From Nitrosopumilaceae archaeon (lineage in GTDB: Archaea; Thermoproteota; Nitrososphaeria; Nitrososphaerales; Nitrosopumilaceae): 64,000 nucleotides of DNA. Shown here one piece after another: positions 1-8,954 of the stretch. The DNA lies in assembly GCA_965203465.1 (NCBI GenBank), contig CBDBCR010000001.1:160001-224000 (forward strand), in the 5' to 3' direction. Under the pieces are notes generated by a model. The model searched no databases. It saw only the letters and a list, made by a program, of their open reading frames with translations, and was not told the origin of the DNA. A program made the translations under genes and the position numbers. Each line of letters starts with the position of its first letter. Within the stretch, counting starts at the first letter, position 1.

Positions 1-96
1 AAGGACGAGTTCTTCTCCGACGCCGAGGCGCTCCGCACGTACGCCGAATCCTCGATGCAGGCGCACATGCACGGCCACGCCGGGTGTTCGCGGTGA
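1..96 (+). CDS. C-terminal fragment, probably metal ABC transporter ATP-binding subunit
   Basis: Frame 1 reads KDEFFSDAEALRTYAESSMQAHMHGHAGCSR*; His-rich tail; overlaps the start of a ZnuB-like permease. Confidence 0.55.
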   Translation, partial: KDEFFSDAEALRTYAESSMQAHMHGHAGCSR

Positions 97-893
97 TCGA
101 GGCGCTCGAGCACGGGTTCGTCCAGAGGGCGCTGATAGTCGGGATGCTGGCCGGCGCGGCCTGCGCCATGATGGGCTCGTTCCTGGTGCTCCGACGGCAG
201 GCGCTCTTCAGCGACGGCATCGCGCACGTGGCCTTCGGCGGCATCGCCGTCGGGCTCTTTGCCGGCACGTTCCCGTTCTGGACGGCCATGGCCGCGGCCG
301 TCGCCGGCGGGCTGGGCCTGCAGAAGCTCCGCTCGGGGAGCGGCGTCCCGGGCGACGCGGCCGTCGCCGTGGTGCTGGTCTCGGGCCTGGCCGCCGGGAT
401 ACTACTGATCAGCGCCAGCGGCGGGTTCTCGACGGACCTGTTCGGAGTGCTGTTCGGGAGCATACTGCTGATCAGCACGGAGGACGCCCTGACGGTCTCA
501 TTCGCGAGCGCGGCCGTCATCGGGGCGCTGCTGGCGCTGCGCGGCCCGCTGCTGCATGTCGCTTTCAGCGAGGAGCAGGCGCGCGCTTCGGGCATGCGGG
601 TGACCCTGCTCAACTACGTCTTCGTGGCCATGGCGGCGGTCATGGTGGTCGCCTCGATGAGGCTGGTGGGAATACTGCTGATAACGGCCCTGGTGGTGGT
701 GCCCAACGTGGCGGCCATGGCGCTGGGCATGGGCTTTGCGAGGACGCTGGCGGCCTCGGCGGCCATTGCTGCCGCCTCGGTGGCCTCGGGGGTGCTGCTC
801 TCGTACTATCTGGATCTTGCACCGTCCGGCGCCATGGTGGCCGCGGCCCTCCTGATCATGGCGTGCGCGCTGGGCTGGCGCCGGCTCCGCTAG
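84..893 (+). CDS. znuB: Zn/Mn ABC transporter permease (ZnuB/ABC-3)
   Basis: Hydrophobic; motifs GSFLVLRRQALFSDGIAH, LFGSIL, LVGILLITAL. Confidence 0.9.
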   Translation: MFAVIEALEHGFVQRALIVGMLAGAACAMMGSFLVLRRQALFSDGIAHVAFGGIAVGLFAGTFPFWTAMAAAVAGGLGLQKLRSGSGVPGDAAVAVVLVSGLAAGILLISASGGFSTDLFGVLFGSILLISTEDALTVSFASAAVIGALLALRGPLLHVAFSEEQARASGMRVTLLNYVFVAMAAVMVVASMRLVGILLITALVVVPNVAAMALGMGFARTLAASAAIAAASVASGVLLSYYLDLAPSGAMVAAALLIMACALGWRRLR

Positions 894-1671
894 CGCCGGC
901 TCCGCTAGCGCCCAGGCTGTACTTTGACTTGTAGCCGCGCGGGTTTATCATCAGATCCCCGTAGGTGAAAGTCGACGAGTTTCCCACGATCACGGTGCTT
1001 ATCATGCCCAGCTTTTCGGCGTGGTCCTCTATGTGTCCCAGGTCCGTGAGCACAACCGATTCGGAGTCGCGGAAGGCGCCCTTTACTATCGCCACCGGCG
1101 TCTCGGGCTTCCTGTGCCGCAGCATTATGGCGCGCGCGTCGCGGAGCTGGCGCACCCTGCGCTTGCTGGCCGGGTTGTATATGACGATCACAAAGTCGCC
1201 GCGCGCGGCCGCCTCGACGCGCTTCTCGATGACCTCCCAGGGAACCAGCAGGTCGCTCATGCTCAGCACCGCAAAGTCGGTCATCAGCGGCGAGCCTACT
1301 ATCGAGGCGCACGAGTTGAGCGCCGAGACGCCGGGGATCACCTCGACCTGCGGGTCGGCGCGGTCCCACCCCGAATCGGCCAGCGTCTCGTATATGAGGC
1401 CGGCCATGCCGTATATGCCCGGATCGCCGCTCGAGACGAGCGAGACGGTCCTTCCCGACGAGGCCAGATCTATGCACTGCTGCGCGCGCTCCACCTCCTG
1501 CGTCATGGCGTACCTGTGCGTCTCCTTGCCGGCTATCAGGTCGGCGACCAGATTCACGTACGTCTCGTAGCCGACTATGGTGTCGCTCTCGCCTATGGCC
1601 TCGCGCGCCCTGAACGTCATGTGCTCGTGGCCGCCCGGGCCCACCCCGACTATGTACAGCTTGCCCGGCAC
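856..1671 (-). CDS. cobJ: Precorrin-3B C17-methyltransferase
   Basis: GKLYIVGVGPG, SSGDPGIYGMAG, LSMSDLLVPW, NPRGY. Confidence 0.93.
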   Translation of the reverse strand: MPGKLYIVGVGPGGHEHMTFRAREAIGESDTIVGYETYVNLVADLIAGKETHRYAMTQEVERAQQCIDLASSGRTVSLVSSGDPGIYGMAGLIYETLADSGWDRADPQVEVIPGVSALNSCASIVGSPLMTDFAVLSMSDLLVPWEVIEKRVEAAARGDFVIVIYNPASKRRVRQLRDARAIMLRHRKPETPVAIVKGAFRDSESVVLTDLGHIEDHAEKLGMISTVIVGNSSTFTYGDLMINPRGYKSKYSLGASGAGASGAGASPARTP

Positions 1672-1678
1672 GCGCGCG

Positions 1679-3067
1679 CTATTCTCCGTCGGAATAAGTG
1701 TCTTGCCCGGACGGATCGACTATCGGCGCGTTGATCACGTGGTCCTCGCCCAGCGGGCGCGCCAGCATAACCGACACCTGCCCGCCCGACTCGGCAGACT
1801 CTATGTCGCGCACAGTCTGCAGCAGGACGGCCTCTTGGTTCCATTCGGCGACGGACACCGAGCGCACCGGGCTGTACCCCTCGTCGCCCGGCACCGAATC
1901 GAGCACGTCGGGCTGGAAGCCCAGCGTCCCGGGGCCGGCGAGGCCGTCGCGGAACTGGTACAGGCCCGCCGAGCTTTCGTAGTCGAGGCCCGGCGAGTGG
2001 GGCACGCCCATCAATTCGGCGGGCCGGGCCGGCGCGGCGCCTGTCAGTATGTAGTATACGGTCCTGCCGTCGCTGCCCCACGCGCGGTGCGCCACGAACA
2101 CCGCCGCCTCCTCGCCTATCTCGGATACCTGCTCGCCCTCCATGCTGCCGCCGGGCCACGACACCTGCGGCGCGTTGAGCACGACGCCGGTCCTTTCCAC
2201 CTCCACGCGGCCCCCGTCCTCGGCCTCGAGCACCTCCTTTTCGGAGAGCAGGGTGGAGGCGCGCTGCCCCGGCTTCCACGAGACCTTGGCCAGCTCTGCC
2301 AGCTGCGTGTACCCCGGCTCGTCCGGGCTGGTGGTGAGCACGTCGGGCTGGAACCCGTACATGCCGTCCCCGTCGATGCCGTCGGTGAACGCGTACAGGG
2401 CCGCCCCGCCCGCTTCCGAAAGGGGAGGGGCGTGCAGCACGGGCCAGTCCGCGCCCGGCGCCTCCTTGGCGAACTCTTCGTCGCCCGAATCCGTGATGAT
2501 GTACGAGGCCGGCTCCTCTTCGTACACGGCGGCCCGCAAAGGTATGGACACCTCGGCGCGCTCCTCGTACAGCCGCAGGGCCGGAGGATCCACGTCGACG
2601 TCGAACGAGTACTTTTCCGCGTCGAACTGCCCGTCGCGCAGCCACGCGTCGACGCTGGCCGTCGCCGTGAACGTGGAGCTGCTGTGCAGCGCGACGGCCG
2701 CGCCGGTAAACTCCGCCTGGCCGGACGGCCCCCCGTACATGCGCGTCAGCGCGTAAAAGCTCTTGCCGTCCACCGTCCAGATCGGCTGGCCTCGCGCCTC
2801 GTCGGGCTCTATCTCGTGGAGCACCTCCACCCAGACGGGCAGGCTGGCCGCGAACGTCACGGAGCCGTCGAAGACGGCGCCCTTTTCGGGCCGCAGCACC
2901 ATGGCAAGCTGCCCCGTCTCGCCGGCGCCCGGATCCGGCGCCGAATCGAGCGTGACGGTAAAATGCACCTTTGAGTTTGATTCCGCCTCCGAAAGATCCT
3001 GCATCATCTGCGGCGCGCCGGCCGCCGCGGCGGCGGCCGCCAGGACGAGCGCCCACCCGGGGCTCAT
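1679..3067 (-). CDS. Secreted thaumarchaeal protein with two internal repeats
   Basis: N-terminal hydrophobic signal; duplicated motif LYxFxDG...GxxGFQPDVL...PxxxGYxP and VxNAP. Confidence 0.75.
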   Translation of the reverse strand: MSPGWALVLAAAAAAAGAPQMMQDLSEAESNSKVHFTVTLDSAPDPGAGETGQLAMVLRPEKGAVFDGSVTFAASLPVWVEVLHEIEPDEARGQPIWTVDGKSFYALTRMYGGPSGQAEFTGAAVALHSSSTFTATASVDAWLRDGQFDAEKYSFDVDVDPPALRLYEERAEVSIPLRAAVYEEEPASYIITDSGDEEFAKEAPGADWPVLHAPPLSEAGGAALYAFTDGIDGDGMYGFQPDVLTTSPDEPGYTQLAELAKVSWKPGQRASTLLSEKEVLEAEDGGRVEVERTGVVLNAPQVSWPGGSMEGEQVSEIGEEAAVFVAHRAWGSDGRTVYYILTGAAPARPAELMGVPHSPGLDYESSAGLYQFRDGLAGPGTLGFQPDVLDSVPGDEGYSPVRSVSVAEWNQEAVLLQTVRDIESAESGGQVSVMLARPLGEDHVINAPIVDPSGQDTYSDGE

Positions 3068-4443
3068 TTCCCCAGCCCGAACTCGGCGTGGACCGCGCGC
3101 ACCGCCGCCGCCGCGTCGGCGTCGCGCACGGCGAACGCCAGGTTGAGCTCGGAGGAGCCCTGCGTTATCATCACCACGTTGACGCCCTTCCTTCCCACCG
3201 CGCCAAAGACGCGCGAGGCCACCCCGGCCGTGCCGCGCATACCCGAGCCTATCAGGGCCACGATGGACACGTCTGCGCTAACCTCCAGGCCCTTTATGCC
3301 GGCGCCCAGCAGGCTCGACTCCAGGGCGTGCACGGCCCCGTCAAGGTCGGCCTTTTTCACCACCACGGTTATGCTCGATTCCGACGGGCTCTGCGATATC
3401 ATCATCACGTTTATCCCCGCGCGCGCAAGCGCCTCGAAGATCTTGGCTGCGGTCCCGCGCGAGCCGGCCATGCCGCCGCGCACGTCTATGAGGCCGTTGC
3501 GGCTAACGGAGCTGACGCACTTTACTGTGCCGTCGGACCGGGAGGACACCAGGGTGCCTTCCCCCGACGGCCCCATTATGCGGGCCACCGTGCCCGATTC
3601 CAGCAGGGGCTCGAAGGTGCGCGGATGCACGTGCGCCGACCCGAAGAGGGTCATCTCGAGCGCCTCTGCGAACGAGACCTCTGGCAGCACCTTGGTTCCC
3701 TTGACCAGGCCCGGGTCGGCCGTGAGCAGCCCCCCGGCCTCGCCCACGAGCCAGACCTCGTCGGCGCCCAGGCACGCCCCCACGATGGCGGCAGTATAGT
3801 CCGAGCCGCCCCTGCCCAGGGTGGTTATTCTGCCGTGCTGGTCGGCGCCGGAAAACCCAGCGATGACGGGCAGCGCGCCCCGCTCCAGCGCGCCGCCGAC
3901 CGACTTTAGCACCCGCAGGCGCGTGGTGTCCATGAGGGGGCGCGCGTCGCCAAAGTTGGAATCGGTCAGTATGCCCGCCTCCTGGCCGGTCAGCACCTCG
4001 GTCTTTTTCCCCGCGTCCGAGAGGGCGGCGGCCACCAGCCTGGCAGACGCGCGCTCGCCGAACGAGAGCAGATAATCCATCGAGCGCGGGGTGACCTCGC
4101 CGAGCACCGAGGCGCCCTCCAGCAGGGCCCGCAGCCGCGCAAAGTCGGCCCCGAGGGCGCGCAGCACGCTCTTGCGCACGCGCTCCTTCTTGACTGCCGC
4201 GCGGGCAAGCTCGGCGTGCCTCTTTTCGACGCGGCCGGCTATCTTTAGGGCCCCGGCGCCGCCCCCGCGCGCAGCGCCGGCCGCCGATATGAGCTCGTCA
4301 GTAGTGGAGCCGGCGGCCGCGCACACGACGGCCACCCTGTCCCCCCCGGACGACAGATCCCGCACGAGCCGCGCCGACTCGCAGACAAGCCGGGGCGAGG
4401 CCAAGCGCCCGCCCCCTATCTTTACCACTAGGCTGCGGCCCAA
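3064..4443 (-). CDS. lysC: Aspartate kinase with two ACT domains
   Basis: SFGER, TTLGRGGSDYTA, TADP, ACT repeats (MISQSPSE, MITQGSSE); TTG start at 4443. Confidence 0.88.
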   Translation of the reverse strand: MGRSLVVKIGGGRLASPRLVCESARLVRDLSSGGDRVAVVCAAAGSTTDELISAAGAARGGGAGALKIAGRVEKRHAELARAAVKKERVRKSVLRALGADFARLRALLEGASVLGEVTPRSMDYLLSFGERASARLVAAALSDAGKKTEVLTGQEAGILTDSNFGDARPLMDTTRLRVLKSVGGALERGALPVIAGFSGADQHGRITTLGRGGSDYTAAIVGACLGADEVWLVGEAGGLLTADPGLVKGTKVLPEVSFAEALEMTLFGSAHVHPRTFEPLLESGTVARIMGPSGEGTLVSSRSDGTVKCVSSVSRNGLIDVRGGMAGSRGTAAKIFEALARAGINVMMISQSPSESSITVVVKKADLDGAVHALESSLLGAGIKGLEVSADVSIVALIGSGMRGTAGVASRVFGAVGRKGVNVVMITQGSSELNLAFAVRDADAAAAVRAVHAEFGLGK

Positions 4444-4448
4444 CGGGC

Positions 4449-5189
4449 CTATCCCTCGATCCTCGGGGCCAGGTAGAAATGTATGCGGCCCACGTTGGCC
4501 ACCTGGAACTCTATCCTCAGCGGCTTGGACGTCGAAAACTCGCACGTTATCGCCTCGGCCGTCCCCCCGACCGCCTTTACCACGGGGTTGAGGTACTCCA
4601 GGCTGTAGGTGCCGGTGCTCTCCTTGCCGGACATCTCCTTTACGGTCTCCATGGACTTGTCCACCTCTATGGCGACCTCGCCGCTGTCGCCGCTGCCGGA
4701 AAACTCGGCGCGCTCGGGGGTCACCTTCATCGTAAGGTATTCGGATACGACCTGCACGTCGCCGAGCACCTTGTCAAAGTGGGCCGAGGCCAGCGTCAGC
4801 TTGGAATCGTACGGGGTCGACGGCAGCGGCGTGTCGGTCGCCGAGCTCTCTATGAGGCGCATCTTGTACTTTTTGCTGCGGCCCATGTTGACCAGCAGCA
4901 TGTTCTCCTCTATGCTTATCTCGATGGGATCCTTTTTGTCCGCCCTCTTTACCAGCTTTGAAAACTCGTCTATGCGCACGCCGAACTTTACGTCGCTGTC
5001 GCACTCGTACCTCTCGAAGGCCGAGTTGGGCCACGATATGTCGATGAGGGCCACGTGGGACGGATCCATGCCGCGGAACGTGATGCCCTCGACGTTGGCC
5101 ACGAACGTGGCCTCGTCGACCAGGGTGGAGATGGCCGAGATTATGGCCTTTAGGTCGTCCGAGCCGCTGGTTCTGGCAGCGAAAGTCAA
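4449..5189 (-). CDS. pcn: DNA sliding clamp PCNA
   Basis: MDPSHVALID, YSLEYL, FYLAPRIE. Confidence 0.97.
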   Translation of the reverse strand: MTFAARTSGSDDLKAIISAISTLVDEATFVANVEGITFRGMDPSHVALIDISWPNSAFERYECDSDVKFGVRIDEFSKLVKRADKKDPIEISIEENMLLVNMGRSKKYKMRLIESSATDTPLPSTPYDSKLTLASAHFDKVLGDVQVVSEYLTMKVTPERAEFSGSGDSGEVAIEVDKSMETVKEMSGKESTGTYSLEYLNPVVKAVGGTAEAITCEFSTSKPLRIEFQVANVGRIHFYLAPRIEG

Positions 5190-5220
5190 CGGCGCGGCCT
5201 CCCGGGGGTTGGAATAAAAA

Positions 5221-5523
5221 TCAATCGTAATTTCTCCACGTGTGGCCGCACTTTGTGCAGCGGTAAAACTGGGTGGTGGCCTCGTCGGCGCTGCGCGTCT
5301 GCAGCATCCACCAGACCGCCTCGCCGTTGCCGCACTTTTCGCAGTGGGCCGCTATGGTGGGCAGATCCTGGCCGCCCTCTTCTTCCAGCACGTTGAGCGC
5401 GCTCTCGGCGGGCCGCTCGGCGGATCCGCCGGCCGGGGCGCCCTCCGCGTGGCCGCACTTTGGGCACACCAGCTCGGGGCCCGACTTTCTGAGCCTGGCG
5501 CTGCAGGACGGGCAGAACCTCAT
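5221..5523 (-). CDS. tfs: Transcription factor S (TFS/RpoM)
   Basis: MRFCPSC...CPKC and CEKC...QTRSADE...FYRCTKCGHTWR. Confidence 0.95.
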   Translation of the reverse strand: MRFCPSCSARLRKSGPELVCPKCGHAEGAPAGGSAERPAESALNVLEEEGGQDLPTIAAHCEKCGNGEAVWWMLQTRSADEATTQFYRCTKCGHTWRNYD

Positions 5524-5792
5524 GCCTTCGTCTTGGCAAAGGCCTCTTTTATCGACGCGACCTCTTTTATGGCCGTCTCGGCCGCCTTTGCAAACTCCCT
5601 GGCCGGGTCGCCCTTTGTGCTCACGCGCATCCAGCACTCGTTGGTGAGCGGGTGCTTTACAATCACGCCGGCGAACTTTGTGGACGGCGCCTTTAGCAGC
5701 TCGTGCTGCACGATGTACAGCGTGGCGATGTCCGATTCTTTCACCGAAAAGCTCATCTCGCTCTTTGACGAGGAGAGCACCTTGGCCTCCAT
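5520..5792 (-). CDS. rpoL: RNA polymerase subunit Rpo11 (L)
   Basis: FAGVIVKHPL motif; 90 aa; coupled to tfs. Confidence 0.85.
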   Translation of the reverse strand: MEAKVLSSSKSEMSFSVKESDIATLYIVQHELLKAPSTKFAGVIVKHPLTNECWMRVSTKGDPAREFAKAAETAIKEVASIKEAFAKTKA

Positions 5793-5868
5793 CCGCGGCC
5801 GGCCCCCGGGGCGCCGATATAAACCATGGCGGATGGCATTTTATTGAGGCGCCGGGCGGCCGGCCGCG

Positions 5869-6399
5869 TTGGCTGGGATAGAGCGGCTCGAGGTGTCGCC
5901 TTCCAAGGAGGAGTACGGTTCGGACGAGACGGTTCGGGTGCGGGTGCGCTTTTCGGTCTCGGGGGGCGTGCGCGAGGCGTTCACGGAGGAGAACTGGACG
6001 GCCGCCTACGAGGCCAACGACAACCTCTTCAAGCTAAAGTACGGCGTGCGGCTCGTCTCGCAGGGGCTGGTCAAGCGCGGAGTCGGGGATCCGGTGGAGA
6101 GCTACCGCAAGGCCTCCATATTCTGGACGCGCAACCCGAAACTGGTGAATCCGATGGTGGACAGGCGGATATGGGTGCAGGTGGCCAAGAACTTCGTGCC
6201 CTACGTGCGGCTGACCGAGGAGGAGGTCAGATCGGAGCTGTTCGACTTTGACGAGCAGGTGTCGGTGCCCGCCTCCAAGCTGGGGACGGGCAGCCACGGC
6301 CTGGGCGCCGAGGCGTGGGCCTCGTGGAAGAAGCACCACTACGTCGAAGCCGGCGAGGCCTCGGGGTCTGCCGGCGGCGCCTCGATAACCGTGCTTTAG
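5869..6399 (+). CDS. Hypothetical protein
   Basis: Genome-typical codon usage and natural-looking composition. Confidence 0.75.
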   Translation: MAGIERLEVSPSKEEYGSDETVRVRVRFSVSGGVREAFTEENWTAAYEANDNLFKLKYGVRLVSQGLVKRGVGDPVESYRKASIFWTRNPKLVNPMVDRRIWVQVAKNFVPYVRLTEEEVRSELFDFDEQVSVPASKLGTGSHGLGAEAWASWKKHHYVEAGEASGSAGGASITVL

Positions 6400-6433
6400 T
6401 TTGGGATATAAGAGGGAGGGGCCGCGCGCCCCC

Positions 6434-6586
6434 GTGGCAAAGTACGACGGGCTGCTGGGGCAGCCGGTGCTGGAAGTCGAAGAGCCCGACAAGGAGGGCG
6501 GCATCACCATCATATTCAAGGACAACAGGTTCATGTTCATAAAGGCCGTAGACGGCAAGGTAGAGACCGTCTCGATACCGGAGTGA
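6434..6586 (+). CDS. Small hypothetical protein (50 aa)
   Basis: TATA-like GATATAAG about 25 nt upstream of GTG; MAKYDGLLGQPVLEVEE... Confidence 0.7.
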   Translation: MAKYDGLLGQPVLEVEEPDKEGGITIIFKDNRFMFIKAVDGKVETVSIPE

Positions 6587-6588
6587 CC

Positions 6589-6735
6589 ATGGCCGACAAG
6601 TTCGACCCGATCAGGATGGCAGAGCTGCTCTCCGTAAAGGAGGAGGGCGGGCAGCTGGTGCTCTCTTTCGAGGGCTCCAAGCAGATGAGGGTGCGCGTAG
6701 AGCAGGACAAGCTGGTCTGCGAGGTCAGCTCTTAG
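6589..6735 (+). CDS. Small hypothetical protein (48 aa), not in ORF track
   Basis: MADKFDPIRMAELLSVKEEGGQLVLSFEGSKQMRVRVEQDKLVCEVSS*; starts 2 nt after the upstream stop. Confidence 0.65.
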   Translation: MADKFDPIRMAELLSVKEEGGQLVLSFEGSKQMRVRVEQDKLVCEVSS

Positions 6736-7207
6736 CCCACAGGCGGACGGCGTCGCGCTGCTCTTCTACCTCTATGGATCCGGGCCTCTTTTCGCGCACC
6801 CTGGCTATGGCCTCGTCGGCCGGGATCCGTTCGCTGCTGACCAGGTAGCAGGCGAGGATGGTGCCGGCCCTGCCCCTGCCGGCAGCGCAGTGGACCATGA
6901 CGCGCCCGCCGCCCGATATCCGCGAGCGGGCGAACTGGACGGCCCTGCGTATGTCTTCCTGGCTGGGCGGGGTCAGGTCCTCGGTGGGCAGGTGGAGGTA
7001 TTCTATACCGGAGGTCCACCCGGCCGGCAGCGGGTCTTCGGTCATCGATATTACGGAATCTACGCCCTGCTTTAGCGCCCAGTCGAACTCGGCGCGGCTC
7101 GTGGGCCTGCCCGAGCCGGCCAGGCCGTCTGCCAGCCACGAAAAGTTCGTGGGCCTGCCGGTTATGCGGCCGTGCACGCTGCGCCACGCGTTGCCCGGCG
7201 CGCTCAT
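6725..7207 (-). CDS. Dual-specificity protein phosphatase
   Basis: P-loop VHCAAGRGRAG, RPGSIE; ATG at 7207. Confidence 0.92.
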   Translation of the reverse strand: MSAPGNAWRSVHGRITGRPTNFSWLADGLAGSGRPTSRAEFDWALKQGVDSVISMTEDPLPAGWTSGIEYLHLPTEDLTPPSQEDIRRAVQFARSRISGGGRVMVHCAAGRGRAGTILACYLVSSERIPADEAIARVREKRPGSIEVEEQRDAVRLWAKS

Positions 7208-7260
7208 GCCCCCTCCAACCCCCCGCCCCGGCGCGCACGGTGATATAAGACTGGCGCGCG

Positions 7261-8751
7261 TCAGACCATCAGCAGGAACATGGACGCGGGGATCATCGCG
7301 CATTCCCTGTGCTCCGAGAGGCGATCCCGCGTCACCATCAGCGCCCTGCGCCCGCGCGCGGCCCTCTTGAAGTTTATCAGCCCGTCCAGATCCCTGTTGT
7401 TTATGCTGCGCTGGAACTTTACTTCGATAGGCACCTCGATACCCGCACCGTCGTTGTACACCAAGTCCACCTCGGAGCCGCGGCTGTGCCAGTAATGTAC
7501 ATGGTTGGAGCTGACGAACGTCCGTTTTTTCCGGCTGCGCAGGAACGCCAGCCTGATCAGGTGGTTTGCCACGACGCCCTCTACCAGCCTGCTCTGGTTG
7601 TGCGGCTGTTCCACGAACCCCCTCCAAGCCTCGAATGAAGGCGTGCCCGAGATCCACCCGTTGAGCACGCTGAAATAAAACGGATCCTGAAAGTGGATCT
7701 TTTTCTTTTTTCGGCCAATGGCCCTTTTGCGCGCTGGGTCGTACTGGTAGAGCACGGACACGACGAACATGTCTTCGAGGGTGCCCACGTACCGCGAGGC
7801 CGTGTACTCTGTCCGCACGTCCGTGCCTTTTCTGAGCGACCCCCACGACGTCGTCATGCCGGCAGCCCCGCACAGCCTTTCTGCCACCTGCCTCAGCGCG
7901 CCTTCCCTCCTGTAGAACGCCCCAAAGTCTTCCTGGATCGCCCCGAGATGATCCGCGTACGTGGATTCGGCCACCGCCTTGCCCTCCCTGTACTCGCCGG
8001 CCGCCCTTGGCACCCCGCCGGTCAGCATGTAGTCCTCCAGGTGCCTGTCGAGGGCCGGCGCGCGGGCGAGTATGTCGTGCAGCACGGGGGGCACCCTGTT
8101 GTTAAAGACGTACCGCTCAAAGATCTCTTTTCTCTGCGCGGGGCGCCGGAAGTTCTTTTCGACGATCCGGGCGATCTCTTGATCCATCACGGAGGCAAAC
8201 TCGGAAAACTTCATCGGCAGCATGGCCTTGTCCACGTCGGCCAGCTCGCCCCTGCGCCCCGGAAGCCTCTCGGCGGACCGCCTCGGATCGGCGAAGGATC
8301 CGATTACGATCACGGTGCAGTTGTCCAGCCTCTTTTGATCCCACAGGCGCTTGACGCCTTTCTGCCAGTCCCGGACAGACGAGATCTCGTCAAGAAATAG
8401 GTAGCACCTGCCTCTCCCCCTGTTGTCGGCGGTGTTGTCCAGATAGCCCTTGACCAGCGAGACCAACTCCTTCGGGCCGTCTTTCGCGCAGAACGAACGG
8501 TACATGACGTTCCACGGCGAGGCGCCCCCGCGCACGAGCTCCCGTATGAGCGCCTTTACCGCGGTGGTCTTGCCTATCCGTCTCGGGCCGCGCAGCGAAT
8601 ACACGGAATCCCCGCCGAAATCAAACTCGCGCATGATCTCGGGCTCCCATTTTGCGGACGAGCCGGACCGTCGGACGAGCAGGGGATCGGAATCAACCTT
8701 TGAGGGGTCGCCCCACCACGGATTGTCTTCGACGAGTTCCTTGGGGAGCAC
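7261..8751 (-). CDS. AAA_14 ATPase with C-terminal DUF4143 PD-(D/E)XK domain
   Basis: Walker A GPRRIGKT, Walker B FLDEI, YMLTGGVP, EVDLV...PIEVK. Confidence 0.88.
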   Translation of the reverse strand: MLPKELVEDNPWWGDPSKVDSDPLLVRRSGSSAKWEPEIMREFDFGGDSVYSLRGPRRIGKTTAVKALIRELVRGGASPWNVMYRSFCAKDGPKELVSLVKGYLDNTADNRGRGRCYLFLDEISSVRDWQKGVKRLWDQKRLDNCTVIVIGSFADPRRSAERLPGRRGELADVDKAMLPMKFSEFASVMDQEIARIVEKNFRRPAQRKEIFERYVFNNRVPPVLHDILARAPALDRHLEDYMLTGGVPRAAGEYREGKAVAESTYADHLGAIQEDFGAFYRREGALRQVAERLCGAAGMTTSWGSLRKGTDVRTEYTASRYVGTLEDMFVVSVLYQYDPARKRAIGRKKKKIHFQDPFYFSVLNGWISGTPSFEAWRGFVEQPHNQSRLVEGVVANHLIRLAFLRSRKKRTFVSSNHVHYWHSRGSEVDLVYNDGAGIEVPIEVKFQRSINNRDLDGLINFKRAARGRRALMVTRDRLSEHRECAMIPASMFLLMV

Positions 8752-8954
8752 CGCGGCCGCCCCGGGACGCGCTCATATATCTTGTAAAATTCTGCTGTTG
8801 GGTTGTTTAAATACTCGGGGAAAGCTCGTTGCGGGGTCTTTTTTATGGATCGGGCCTGCGATGCCGAAACCGTTTCGCTTGCCGGCGGGCCGGCCAAATG
8901 CATGCCTGCGCTACCCGGCATCTGGATTGGCGGGACGCTGCCGGCCGGCCTTGG

